Source: a virus. From it: a DNA stretch of 64,000 nucleotides. The first letter of the stretch is position 1. The number at the start of each line of letters is the position of its first letter. Location: positions 64,001 to 128,000 of IMG/VR virus record IMGVR_UViG_3300045738_001212; one strand, written 5' to 3'. Below are positions 17,138 to 26,896 of this stretch, in pieces. The notes under the pieces were generated by a model that ran no database searches, was not told the DNA's origin, and saw only the letters and a program-made list of their open reading frames with translations. A program made the position numbers and the translations under genes.

Positions 17138-18608
17138 TCTTACCTCCCAGCACGTAATTCTTAATGTTCATCGCCGCCAGCTTGTCGCGGTCATTCACCA
17201 CTCCACACTCAGGACACTCCCACACGCGCTGTGAGAGCTTTAAATCGTTGTAGATGTACCCACAGCCACACTTTTTAGATGTAGGCTCAAAACGGTCAAT
17301 TCTGATCATGTGTTTACCCGAGTGGTCGGCCTTATATTGGAACTTCGTGAAGAAGCTCCCCCAAGCAACGTCACTGATTCGGCGACTCATACCTCGCTGC
17401 TGGGCTCGACCATTGCGCTTATATTTTCCGTCCTTACCCTTTATGGGAGCTTTCTTTTCCTTCATTTGGGCAATGTTCAAATCCTCAACCGCAAAAGCAT
17501 TGAAGGGCATGTCTACTAGCGATCTGCTAAGTTCATGAGTGAAGTCGTCTCTCTTGTTTTTAATAGCCTCATCGATCTTCGCGCAAACCAGTCTTTGCTT
17601 ATTGTAGTTCTTACTCTTGAACTCCTTTCTAGCGAGCCGCCTTTGTCGAATTTTCTTTCGACGCAAGAGTCTTTGGTCGGTTTTGTACGGAGATAGCTTA
17701 TCGTCCGAGTATTCAAGCCCGAACTTGTCTAGGAAAACAGAGTTCTCAATTTTCGATTCGTCTGAAAGAGTTATGTAGTTTTTAATCCCTACGTCAATCC
17801 CAACAGTATTGGACTCATCAAATTCTTTCTTCTCTGGCATCGGAACTCCAGTATCCACGGGAATGAATACGTAATATTTATTCGTTGGAGTCCGAGTGAA
17901 AACGCACATGCCGAGTTTGGCCTTTGGGTGCTTCTCCAAAAACTCTTGCATGTTGATGTGCTGCTTAAACTTAATCCAAGTTTTGCACAGGGGCAGCTTG
18001 AATCGATTTTTTTCCCACTCCCATTTCATTTGGTTCGCTTCGCAATCAAAGTATTGGTTGTCCATCCAACTTCTAAAACGGGGGAATCCTTTATTTGGTT
18101 TTTTTGCAAAGTCTTTTTTGCTCTTCCAAAAGCCCTTAACTCTACGCTTTTTAAAACCCTCCCTATATGAAACTGCCAGCCTTTTGTATTGCCCTCCGAC
18201 AAGCCTACTCGGTGTTTCTTTTATCCAGTTGTATTCTTTGTCGTCGCCCTTTCTAAGCTTACGAAAATCTTTATCGGCCTGAGCAATGTCCAGCAACGGA
18301 AACCCAGAACATCTAATCTCTTTCTGGACTGCCTTATGTTCGTCTGACTTCTCTTCGTATACCCCGTCAGCAAGGTCTTTTTTCATTTTATCCTTAAGGT
18401 CTTGAAGATGTTTTTCGCCCCCAGACTTTTTCCATTCCTCGGTTCGTTCGTTTCTGGTATCCCAGTTTTTGGTTTGTCGGTCTACTTGCCAATTCCAATA
18501 CTTGCGGGCAGCGGCGAAGCTTTTGCTGAGAAAGTGGGTGCCGTCTTTATTTGTGTCAATTCGGTATTTTATGGCGATGACGATATTCTTAAGTTCTTTT
18601 TTGTCCAT
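17130..18608 (-). CDS. tnpB: TnpB/Cas12f-like RNA-guided RuvC endonuclease
   Basis: RuvC-I VGIDVG, RuvC-II AVEDL, Zn ribbon CGCG...CPEC, RuvC-III DRDKLAAMNI; GFPRFR motif; 492 aa. Confidence 0.92.
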   Translation of the reverse strand: MDKKELKNIVIAIKYRIDTNKDGTHFLSKSFAAARKYWNWQVDRQTKNWDTRNERTEEWKKSGGEKHLQDLKDKMKKDLADGVYEEKSDEHKAVQKEIRCSGFPLLDIAQADKDFRKLRKGDDKEYNWIKETPSRLVGGQYKRLAVSYREGFKKRRVKGFWKSKKDFAKKPNKGFPRFRSWMDNQYFDCEANQMKWEWEKNRFKLPLCKTWIKFKQHINMQEFLEKHPKAKLGMCVFTRTPTNKYYVFIPVDTGVPMPEKKEFDESNTVGIDVGIKNYITLSDESKIENSVFLDKFGLEYSDDKLSPYKTDQRLLRRKKIRQRRLARKEFKSKNYNKQRLVCAKIDEAIKNKRDDFTHELSRSLVDMPFNAFAVEDLNIAQMKEKKAPIKGKDGKYKRNGRAQQRGMSRRISDVAWGSFFTKFQYKADHSGKHMIRIDRFEPTSKKCGCGYIYNDLKLSQRVWECPECGVVNDRDKLAAMNIKNYVLGGKND

Positions 18609-18621
18609 AATTATAATCCTT

Positions 18622-18788
18622 ATTAAGTTTGGGGGTGGGAGGGAGGATTATTTCACTCCCACCCCCGAGGATTTTGTTGCCCCGAAAGCGACCCTTATGT
18701 AGACGAGCTATATAAGAAATCTTAATCTCTCGTATCTGACAACCGTAACTTCCCGTCCAACCGACGGTAGAGTTCGTATCAGCGAACT
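18622..18788 (-). ncRNA. tracr/scout-like structured RNA (5' leader of the nuclease gene)
   Basis: several hairpins plus anti-repeat segments AATCCTC (18667-18673), TAATCCTC (18643-18650) and GTTGT (18739-18743). Confidence 0.6.
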
Positions 18789-18794
18789 ATGAAG

Positions 18795-18822
18795 AGTATA
18801 CCTGAAACTGTTTTGAAGTCAA
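18795..18822 (-). promoter_or_regulatory. sigma70-type promoter for leader RNA, nuclease and array A
   Basis: TTGACT-16-TATACT. Confidence 0.75.
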
Positions 18823-19979
18823 GAGTTTTTTCCGAAAACTTCGTTCGACTGTTGGGTAACGCGAACGAAAGTGGCGCACTTGGGCATATCCTTTAGCCTT
18901 CTTGCTCCGATGTAAGTGCAGGTAGAGCGTAATCCACCAAGAATATCTTCTATCGTGCGCTTAACAAGTCCTCTATGTTCTACCCTAACCGTTTTCCCTT
19001 CGGACGAACGATAGTCCGCAACGCCACCGTTGTGCTTTTTCATGGCCGTCTCGGAACTCATTCCGTAAAAAGTCTTATATTTTTTGCCATCTATTTCTTC
19101 TTCTTGTCCTTCGCACTCCGTATGTCCAGCCAACATCCCGCCAAGCATGACAAAATCAGCACCTCCACCAAAAGCCTTGGCAACGTCCCCAACACAGGTA
19201 CAACCGCCATCAGCCATAATATACCCGCCAACGCCATGAGCGGCGTCGGCACACTCAACCACCGCGCTAAATTGGGGATAACCAACACCAGTCTGAATAC
19301 GAGTAGTGCAAACAGAACCACTTCCAATACCAACCTTGACGATATCTGCTCCATTTAAAATTAATTGCTCCGTCATCTCGCCAGTGACAACGTTCCCAGC
19401 AATGATAATAAGTGCTGGGTGCTCTTCCCTGACCCGTTTAATAAAGTCACAAAACCTCGCGGTATAGCCATTGGCTGCGTCAATACAAACAAATTGAGTA
19501 TGATAAAAATTCCAAGTAATATTATGGAGGTAGTCCATATCGTCAAATTTATTTTCGTCGTATTTAATGCCAATAGAGGGAGATATATGTTCATAAATTC
19601 TATTTTGCCAACAAGCTGAGTCTGGATCATGTTTCCAGTCCGCTGAGTTAGCTTCCTTGCTTTCCTGTGTTTTGTAAACTCCGTAGCCATCCATCTTGTG
19701 TAGCCATCTTTTTATATCGTTGTGTTTGCTGATGCAGGTAAGCATACGGTGTCGAGCGAAAGCCTTTGCCATCTCAAAGGTTCCGACTGTATCCATATTT
19801 GAAGCTACAATTGGAACGCCTTTCCAACCGTAAGCTTTTGGGTCAGCACCTTCCCCGCCAGCGTTAGGAAAAGTAAACTCGCGAACCAAGTCAACTTCCT
19901 TACGAGAAGTTAAGGTGGAACGCTTCGGGCGAAGAAGAACGTCCTTGTAGTCTAATTTTATTTCTGGTTCAATTCTCAC
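18819..19979 (-). CDS. guaC: GMP reductase
   Basis: [48 protein letters not shown]. Confidence 0.95.
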   Translation of the reverse strand: MRIEPEIKLDYKDVLLRPKRSTLTSRKEVDLVREFTFPNAGGEGADPKAYGWKGVPIVASNMDTVGTFEMAKAFARHRMLTCISKHNDIKRWLHKMDGYGVYKTQESKEANSADWKHDPDSACWQNRIYEHISPSIGIKYDENKFDDMDYLHNITWNFYHTQFVCIDAANGYTARFCDFIKRVREEHPALIIIAGNVVTGEMTEQLILNGADIVKVGIGSGSVCTTRIQTGVGYPQFSAVVECADAAHGVGGYIMADGGCTCVGDVAKAFGGGADFVMLGGMLAGHTECEGQEEEIDGKKYKTFYGMSSETAMKKHNGGVADYRSSEGKTVRVEHRGLVKRTIEDILGGLRSTCTYIGARRLKDMPKCATFVRVTQQSNEVFGKNS

Positions 19980-20248
19980 TATGAATTATCTAAAGGATTA
20001 TTTTCATTTGGATTATTTTCCATACCACTCCCTAGCTCTATTTGGGTGGTGACAGGAAAGGGGGCGTTCATTTGTCGGTGTTTTTTCGAAATGATTCGTC
20101 TGAGATTTTTTCATTTTCCTCTGTTTCTTTTCAATTTTTTGATCAAGCAACCAGCCTTTAACAATCTGAGACTTGGTGAGGTCAGGGAATTCCTTCCTTA
20201 ACCGAGACATTTTTCTCTTGGATATCTGCGATTTCCCTTTCTTAGTTT

Positions 20249-20920
20249 TCATTTACGAACCAGTGGGGTTAAAATGAGGTATCCTGTATCGGAAAAAGAT
20301 TTCGTGATGTTATGGGTATCCTCAAATAACCTATATACGAAATCACTACCTCCAGAATTACTGAACTGATGCCTATCGGCCCAATTTCCCTCCTCAAACG
20401 CTCCCTCCTCGTAAATTCTCAAATCGTCAATGATCAAAACGTCTCCAGAGACATTTTTGTGTTCAACGATCATAGTTAGCTCGCTCTCAAGAGGTAACTC
20501 AATTTCATCTTTTTTGTTCTCGTCTCCGTCATGGTGATGAGTAGGCAAGTGAGCATCTAGCCAAAAGAAAGTCGGAACGTCTTTATTGTCCTCTAGTATC
20601 TTAGGCAAAACATCTGCGGAATGACCCAAATGAGAACGAACGCTTGGGACACTAGAGAAGTCATATTTATTGAAAGAGCTTTCTACCAACTCAACCGTGT
20701 AAATCTCCTCAAATGGCTTAATGTCATTTAAGCCCCATTCGCGAGTCGGACACCAATCATTTTCGAACTCGGCGTGAACCTTGACCCTTTCCTTCTCGTC
20801 ATTTATTCCTGCTAAAAATAGTGCCCCACGCGGAGGGCAACCCGTGCCTGTCTCAATGGCAATTTTAAGGCCGTGGTCGTCCTTGATCCTTTCAACTTCC
20901 CATTTCCATAGTACTCCCAT
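20249..20920 (-). CDS. SAM-dependent methyltransferase-like protein
   Basis: IETGT, G.S..VL, FWLDAH, IIDD.R. Confidence 0.6.
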   Translation of the reverse strand: MGVLWKWEVERIKDDHGLKIAIETGTGCPPRGALFLAGINDEKERVKVHAEFENDWCPTREWGLNDIKPFEEIYTVELVESSFNKYDFSSVPSVRSHLGHSADVLPKILEDNKDVPTFFWLDAHLPTHHHDGDENKKDEIELPLESELTMIVEHKNVSGDVLIIDDLRIYEEGAFEEGNWADRHQFSNSGGSDFVYRLFEDTHNITKSFSDTGYLILTPLVRK

Positions 20921-21171
20921 GCTTAAATAATATTAAATAATTTTAATAGGATCACCACCTGAAGAGTTAGGGTGCAGAAGCCCAAAAAGGTACGCAAAAA
21001 CTCCATTAGGTGATTATACCTGTCCAGTTTGTACTCCGTTTTTCTTAGCCAATCTGGACTATTTTCGTACTTACCCTCTCCAATTCCGACATTTTTGAGC
21101 TTTTTCCGAAATTTTGCCGCTTTTTTCTTCTGTTTTTCCTCTTCCATCTAAGGATTATGCTCCAGTTCTTC

Positions 21172-21444
21172 TTACATGTCAAGCCAATTTAAATAACCAT
21201 AAATATTTAAAATCACCAAAGCGAAAGACATCGCCGCTGTCGGATACGCTTCTTTCTTGAGGCAATAGATTCCTATAAGAGTATTTCCGACCACCCAGAC
21301 AAGCCAAGAACTTATCATCTGATTAGCGTTCAGGTAGTACCCGACAAGAACGAACAACGCCCCTATCCACCCTAACATGTGCGTTTCGTAATACTTCTTC
21401 ACACGGTTGTGACTCCCCTCTTTGCGACCACTCGGGAGGCGCAT
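21172..21444 (-). CDS. PnuC-like small membrane protein
   Basis: three TM segments, W..W..GN and N.YGY.NW. Confidence 0.6.
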   Translation of the reverse strand: MRLPSGRKEGSHNRVKKYYETHMLGWIGALFVLVGYYLNANQMISSWLVWVVGNTLIGIYCLKKEAYPTAAMSFALVILNIYGYLNWLDM

Positions 21445-22151
21445 TTATTTGCGAAATCTAAAGCTCTGGACGCGCTCTTGCAGGACATTATGTTCACGGC
21501 GAATGAGGCTAGAAAAGTATCTCCTGCCCCCGACAAGTCTTGGACTTCTCTCGCTTTAAATGATGGGTGTAGTTCTTTTTGGTAACGGCAGCCTTTCTCT
21601 CCTTGGGTAACTATAAGTTTATCCATCCAGACGTTATCAAAGTCTTCATTATCTTTCTTGTAGTGTTCCTTGCTTTTTTCGTACTCTTGCTGGTTTATAA
21701 CGAAGAATCTCATATCGCGCCCCAAGGGCAAAATAAAATTTTTCTTACTATGCACGAAGGTATTCGGATGGCTCTTACAAATCCAAGCAATATCTAGATT
21801 AGTAAGGAAGCCCTTATTATAGTCTGAGACGATTACCCCGTCATATCCCTCTAGACACCCCGGAGTTTGCTCGAACTTCTCCTTGGTGTGATCGTTTTCA
21901 TCAACCCTAAGAAGCATTTGGTTAGTTTTCATATCAACGTATCTTGATTTGATGATATGATTTTTGTTAGTAAATATGTCGCATTCGACACCGTGAGCCT
22001 CGACATTAGCTTGCACGTTTTTCGCCATCCCCCCGTTTGAAATTTCCTCTACTGGATTAAAAACAGGAACAGGTGCCTCTGGGCAAATCCTATCGCAGTC
22101 TCCATACTTAAACTTATCCGTGCAACTATCGCCTATTACTAAAAATTTCAT
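21399..22151 (-). CDS. HldA/RfaE-like heptose-7-phosphate kinase (PfkB family)
   Basis: VIGD...D, RICPEAPVPV, GGMAKNV, SDYNKG, DLSGAGDTF. Confidence 0.85.
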   Translation of the reverse strand: MKFLVIGDSCTDKFKYGDCDRICPEAPVPVFNPVEEISNGGMAKNVQANVEAHGVECDIFTNKNHIIKSRYVDMKTNQMLLRVDENDHTKEKFEQTPGCLEGYDGVIVSDYNKGFLTNLDIAWICKSHPNTFVHSKKNFILPLGRDMRFFVINQQEYEKSKEHYKKDNEDFDNVWMDKLIVTQGEKGCRYQKELHPSFKAREVQDLSGAGDTFLASFAVNIMSCKSASRALDFANKCASRVVAKRGVTTV

Positions 22152-22759
22152 ATTAACCTTTGGCTTTCTTTGTCTTTGAAAAGTTTTTTCTCCGTGCAGT
22201 AATAACACCTAAGCAGATCGCTGTCTATCCCTAGCAGACGCCTTATTTCTACCAATTCGTATCCCGACAACGCCCTAAAGTCTGCTGTAGAAAGGTCTAC
22301 GTTACACCTACTGCCCGCCATTACGCCATTGTAAAAGACAAACCTCTCTTCTTCTCCAAACTCGTATCCCTCTGGATACAGATACTTGCAAACCCACATG
22401 AACAAATTTCTGCGCCACCTTCTCATCTTCTTAGCTGACCCCATCGTGTAGCCGATAACGAAAGCTTCATCTTTGACCAGCAGCCCCCTGCCTAAAACAA
22501 TATGTATACAATCATGAGTAAATAAATCTACTGCTCCAGTAAATAATCTAGATGTAAAATATTTAGGATTTTCAGTTAACTTAATCATTAATGGAACATC
22601 TTCTTGGGCCAGCGCAAAAGACTTCATGCTGTCTTTCGCTTTGCCTAACGTGATCTCCCTGCCTAAGCGGATATGCCACGCTTCAGCCCTTTCTTGGGCT
22701 ATCCGTTTCTGCCACCTCTCTTCTCCCTTAGCATACGCTTTGTGTTGTAGAGGGGTCAT
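22148..22759 (-). CDS. hypothetical protein with HD..H..E motif (Coq4-like)
   Basis: HDCIHIVLG...DEAFV. Confidence 0.5.
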   Translation of the reverse strand: MTPLQHKAYAKGEERWQKRIAQERAEAWHIRLGREITLGKAKDSMKSFALAQEDVPLMIKLTENPKYFTSRLFTGAVDLFTHDCIHIVLGRGLLVKDEAFVIGYTMGSAKKMRRWRRNLFMWVCKYLYPEGYEFGEEERFVFYNGVMAGSRCNVDLSTADFRALSGYELVEIRRLLGIDSDLLRCYYCTEKKLFKDKESQRLI

Positions 22760-22761
22760 TT

Positions 22762-23499
22762 CTACTCATGTGCCGACTCGTCTGGCTTTAAATGAAAACC
22801 CCTAAACTCATCCCACCCCATCGCCTCAAGCTCCTCCTTAGTCCATTCGTGGGCCTTCCAATCTAAGGCTTCACTTGTACTTGGGAATTCTTCGATAAAG
22901 ATATTTTTTATGGCATTAGCTACGTCTCTATGTTCTTTCTGGGTATTTTCTTCTGTCCTTAACTGGATGTAATGAATCCAACTACGAACAGTCCCATTCA
23001 TGTACATCGTGGTCTGTGTGCCTAACGGAAGAACGGCTCTGGCGCATTCTTTAGCTACGCCAGATTCAATAAGCCTGTCGTAAACCTCTTTCGCTTTGTG
23101 CATTGAATCTAAAGCTAGGTCAATCAACGCGCTGTCTTTAACGGGAACCAAGCTGCTTTGCCTGTTTTTTGTTGCTGGAGAACGAAGCTCTAGGGGCTCA
23201 AGGTCTGTAGCTTGACTGTATCGTTGGCTAAATTCTTGAAAACTAAAGCTCCTATGTCTTAATATTTGCGCCGCTATCGCTCTGCTGGTGACTATCCCCA
23301 CGCACATGCTCGCGAGTTCGAATGGCGACCAATGCTTATGTTTGATAAGAAACTTAAGTAATTTTGGTGCGGTTTTTGTATTTGATTGATTCTCCGGGTT
23401 AGAGACTCTCGCGCAGTAGGCGATAAGGTCTTCTGCCGTTTTAGGCGAATGATGCAACGGGCGACGAGGTTTCGTAATTGAGATTAGCTCAACTTTCAT
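22762..23499 (-). CDS. thyX: FAD-dependent thymidylate synthase
   Basis: HWSPFE, QILRHRSFSFQEFSQRY, KECAR.VLP. Confidence 0.95.
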   Translation of the reverse strand: MKVELISITKPRRPLHHSPKTAEDLIAYCARVSNPENQSNTKTAPKLLKFLIKHKHWSPFELASMCVGIVTSRAIAAQILRHRSFSFQEFSQRYSQATDLEPLELRSPATKNRQSSLVPVKDSALIDLALDSMHKAKEVYDRLIESGVAKECARAVLPLGTQTTMYMNGTVRSWIHYIQLRTEENTQKEHRDVANAIKNIFIEEFPSTSEALDWKAHEWTKEELEAMGWDEFRGFHLKPDESAHE

Positions 23500-23503
23500 A
23501 AGA

Positions 23504-23782
23504 TTAGAACCCGTTCTCTCTCATCCCTTCGGCAACTTCCCAAAGGCAGTCTTCTATCTTCGCTTCTACGCTATAGGTCTTTTTTACTGCATCTTTAAAT
23601 TCGCCCCACTCACTACTGCTTTCCCCAAACAAATCTGAAAGCTGGGTATCGTCATCAATATCAAATTCAAGCTTACCCGCCAAAAAGAGTAATTCTTCAA
23701 TTTGCCTATGGAACCTTTCGCTTGCGTAAGAGGGGTTCTCGAAATCGTGGATCGGTTCATCGTCTTCTGGGAAAATTGGCAT
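23504..23782 (-). CDS. small acidic hypothetical protein
   Basis: GGAGG RBS, ORF tiled. Confidence 0.5.
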   Translation of the reverse strand: MPIFPEDDEPIHDFENPSYASERFHRQIEELLFLAGKLEFDIDDDTQLSDLFGESSSEWGEFKDAVKKTYSVEAKIEDCLWEVAEGMRENGF

Positions 23783-23785
23783 GTT

Positions 23786-24037
23786 TTAGTCCTCCTTTTT
23801 GCTGTATCTAACCTCTTTGAATTTTTCTTTTTTGTAGTTTTTTCTTTTTATCACGAGGTCACGGTCATAATGGTCCATCATGTTCCCAATTCTGTAAAGA
23901 ACATCCCCCATTTCTTCTACTATGCCCTCGGAAAGGTCTTTGTGAGGCTTGTTTATTTGCTGCATCAAGACCGTGGCGAGTTCATTTAGCTCTTCCACGC
24001 ATTTGCGAAAATCATATTCTTTTAGGTCGTTAGGCAT
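23786..24037 (-). CDS. MazG-like NTP pyrophosphatase
   Basis: EELNEL...EEMGDV. Confidence 0.7.
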   Translation of the reverse strand: MPNDLKEYDFRKCVEELNELATVLMQQINKPHKDLSEGIVEEMGDVLYRIGNMMDHYDRDLVIKRKNYKKEKFKEVRYSKKED

Positions 24038-24614
24038 ACTCTACTTTGCTCCAGTCTGTAAGTCTCTCGCCTGTTTGGGCGTTAACGAGGAAGGCTTTGC
24101 CCTCCTTGTCTTTGAGTTCGGCAATTTCGTCTACCTCCCAATGAATTTGTCTACCCGTATCTCCATTGAACCAATAGTGAGCAATGTGATACTCGGTAGG
24201 AGGCGCACCTTGGGACAAACTCTTGTCGTAATGATATACATTCCTGTAAAAAATATCATAAATAGAATCCATAAGATTTATGTCGTCTTTAGTTCTAACG
24301 TGCATATCAACAAAATCTGTAGCATCATCAAAGGCCCGAAAATGTAGGACGCCGCCGTCCATCCAGCCAGCGTAAGGCCAACCCTTATCTTCTTCAAAAG
24401 TCATATACTCTCTTTGGTGGGCAAAGCTACCTCTGATGTTCTTACTAAATGTCCATTCTCCCTGTCCTCGCTCATAACAGTAGACCCTGTAAGGCCAATC
24501 GCACTTACTTTCTTTCTCTGGCCCTTTTTCGTCATCTTCATATTTACAGGTAATTGCGATAGCTGGAATTGCCACCACAGGAACCGCCGATTTGATGAAT
24601 TGTCTTCTGTTCAT
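24030..24614 (-). CDS. protein with twin-arginine (Tat) signal
   Basis: MNRRQFIK followed by a hydrophobic stretch and Cys. Confidence 0.65.
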   Translation of the reverse strand: MNRRQFIKSAVPVVAIPAIAITCKYEDDEKGPEKESKCDWPYRVYCYERGQGEWTFSKNIRGSFAHQREYMTFEEDKGWPYAGWMDGGVLHFRAFDDATDFVDMHVRTKDDINLMDSIYDIFYRNVYHYDKSLSQGAPPTEYHIAHYWFNGDTGRQIHWEVDEIAELKDKEGKAFLVNAQTGERLTDWSKVEYA

Positions 24615-24949
24615 GATTTATAGACTTTATAGAATTTACGTTTTCTGAGAGCTTTAAGCTCCTTGACGGAAGTCCCTTCTCCCAGCTTGTTATTTGCTCG
24701 GTCCATAAGAATCTTCGTGATAAATGTATGCATTCCTTTTTGGGTAACTCGCTTTTTTCCGGTCTGTTGCTTGTAATATTCCTCAAACATTTTATCCCAA
24801 ACATATCTAACAGTTACCGTCCCATCTTCCTCCACTTCATTTTCTGCTACTTTGAAATGCCCAGCGTTGCCAGCATCTTGATAGGCGGCTCCAGCCTTCA
24901 CTATCTTGTCTATCCCCGATCCTTCCTTATTTCTTTTTTTTCGGGGCAC
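24611..24949 (-). CDS. hypothetical protein
   Basis: ORF tiled. Confidence 0.5.
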   Translation of the reverse strand: MPRKKRNKEGSGIDKIVKAGAAYQDAGNAGHFKVAENEVEEDGTVTVRYVWDKMFEEYYKQQTGKKRVTQKGMHTFITKILMDRANNKLGEGTSVKELKALRKRKFYKVYKS

Positions 24950-25092
24950 CGCTGTCTCCTGTTAAAATTCTGTTAATTCTAAATATGTGGAATTTAGCTT
25001 TTATTCTTTCCTCTATTTTCTCGGCCAAATCCTCTCGACACGCTTCAGAAGCCAAATTTAGCTGTTTGGCCGATTCGTCCTCAAACACCCCT

Positions 25093-25380
25093 TCAACAAT
25101 TTTTCTGAATTCGCGTGTCATATCTTTTTAAAAAAATAGGGGTGTGTTCACCGACGTATGCATCTATCACATTAAAAACAAAATACTCTTCCGCTTCCTC
25201 ATAGGACATCCCGTCACTTCGCAAAACCTCAAGGCACTTATCATAATCGTAACAAGCTTTCGGGACTACATCTTTCCCCGAAGCAATCCCCAAAAAAGCT
25301 TTTTCAAAATTATCAGCGAAAAGAACATTGTCCCTATCGTGGGGATAGTGCTCTTCAACGAAATTTAATATATCGTCCAC
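25093..25380 (-). CDS. hypothetical phage protein
   Basis: YDYDKC...EEAEEYF.FN...YVGE.TP motif recurrent in phage ORFs. Confidence 0.65.
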   Translation of the reverse strand: MDDILNFVEEHYPHDRDNVLFADNFEKAFLGIASGKDVVPKACYDYDKCLEVLRSDGMSYEEAEEYFVFNVIDAYVGEHTPIFLKRYDTRIQKNC

Positions 25381-25680
25381 TATAGCTAAATTTCCCCGTC
25401 GGGGAAAAAATCATTTTTTTTCTTTGTCAAAAATTTTCTTAATTTCGCTAAGGAGCTCCGTCCTTTTCGCTTTAGACAGTTCCCCCTCCGACGCTTGCAT
25501 GGCTCTCACACAAGGGGCAACCTCCGCCAAAAGTTCTGCCAAAAATTGATCTTCTTCGCGTAACTCCTTGGGGTATGGGAATTTGGCCTGTTCTCCCTCT
25601 CTATCTTCGGTGTTAAACTTAAATGTATTCATAATCTTCCCAGAATAGTAACCTAATCTGGCTAAAAGTCAAGAAGAGAA

Positions 25681-25787
25681 TCCATGCCCCCGTTGGCAAT
25701 CACCTACAAACAGCAGGAAATCTACGCCTGTAACCCTAGACCGCGTAGCTTCCGCTGCGGCAACATCTTGCTTCCAGAGGGCATGGA
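25681..25787. ncRNA. rod-shaped ncRNA candidate
   Basis: TCCATGCCC...GGGCATGGA closing stem and inner CAGCAGGAAATCTACGC/GCGTAGCTTCCGCTG stem; intergenic. Confidence 0.5.
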
Positions 25788-25930
25788 CAGGGGGCTAGTC
25801 GCCCCCTTAAATTTTTTCTAACCCTTCAACTACCTCATCCCTTTCTACAATTGATTGAAATTCATTAACGCAAAGAATTGATGTCACTAAAGCCCTTGAA
25901 GCGGCCTCTTCGTGTTCTGAAGAATAAAAC

Positions 25931-26896
25931 TCATAGTCTAGGCTCTCGATTAGCCCAGCTATATGATTTACTTTCTTGTCTAGTTGCCGTGGAGACATTT
26001 TGGTTTTTTATCCAATTTTTAAGCCTGTCCTCTGGTGGAGATTTCAATAGTTTTTTTAGTCTATTTGTGTCTGCCCTGCTTGTCCTGACTTCTCCGGTTC
26101 TCCCCGGTTCAAATTCTATTGGCCAATCTACAGCCTTCGCTATGTCTAAAATGCTGTGACTCTCGCCTGTCCCTATGTTTATTATACCTCCCAAGATTTC
26201 TTTATTATCAGAAAAAGCGCACAAAATATTGTATCTGGCTACGTCTCCCACGTATATAAAGTCTCGCTCCTGCAAACCGTCTCCGTAAATCTTGAGCGAC
26301 CTACCTCCATCCTTAGCGTCTAAAAACGTCCCGATTACTGGAACGTAAGCCCCTCGTACTGGTTGCCGTTCTCCGTAAACATTGAAGTACCTCAAAGAAA
26401 CTGTCCCCAAACCGTAAACCTTATAATATGATCTCACCGCATTTTCACCCATGACCTTGCTTGCCGCGTAAGGATTCAACGGATCGGGAGCAAGGCTCTC
26501 TGTTAAGGGCGGATCAAGGGAACCGTACACGGAAGCAGAAGAAGAAAAGATAAGCCGCTTGCCTCCGTAAAGCCAAGTGCAATCTAAAACATTCATCGTG
26601 CTAGAAAAATTATTCTCTAAGGTCCGCCTTGGGTTTTGTATCGCTTCCTGAATATTGGAATAAGCGGCAAGGTGAAAAACATACTCTGGTTTTTTTTCAC
26701 GAAAAAGGGCAGCGGTCTTAGAGTAGTCGCATAAATTAAAACGATGATTGTCTGATTTTTTATTCCAATAAAACGAGTCGTGAGATGAAGACGATTCGTT
26801 ATCTACAACAGTAACCTCATGCTCCGACGAGATAAGAGCGTCTACTACGTGGCTCCCTATGAAACCAGCACCGCCAGTTACTAGGCATCTACTCAT
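25931..26896 (-). CDS. NAD-dependent nucleotide-sugar epimerase/dehydratase
   Basis: TGGAGFIG, HLAA, SSASVYG, YAASK, LRYFNVYG. Confidence 0.92.
   Translation of the reverse strand: MSRCLVTGGAGFIGSHVVDALISSEHEVTVVDNESSSSHDSFYWNKKSDNHRFNLCDYSKTAALFREKKPEYVFHLAAYSNIQEAIQNPRRTLENNFSSTMNVLDCTWLYGGKRLIFSSSASVYGSLDPPLTESLAPDPLNPYAASKVMGENAVRSYYKVYGLGTVSLRYFNVYGERQPVRGAYVPVIGTFLDAKDGGRSLKIYGDGLQERDFIYVGDVARYNILCAFSDNKEILGGIINIGTGESHSILDIAKAVDWPIEFEPGRTGEVRTSRADTNRLKKLLKSPPEDRLKNWIKNQNVSTATRQESKSYSWANREPRL

Noticed and set aside
17130-18608. Ordinary IS200/IS605 or IS607 insertion
   Set aside because: No Y1 or serine transposase nearby and no recognisable element ends; the gene is integrated in an operon with promoter, leader and array
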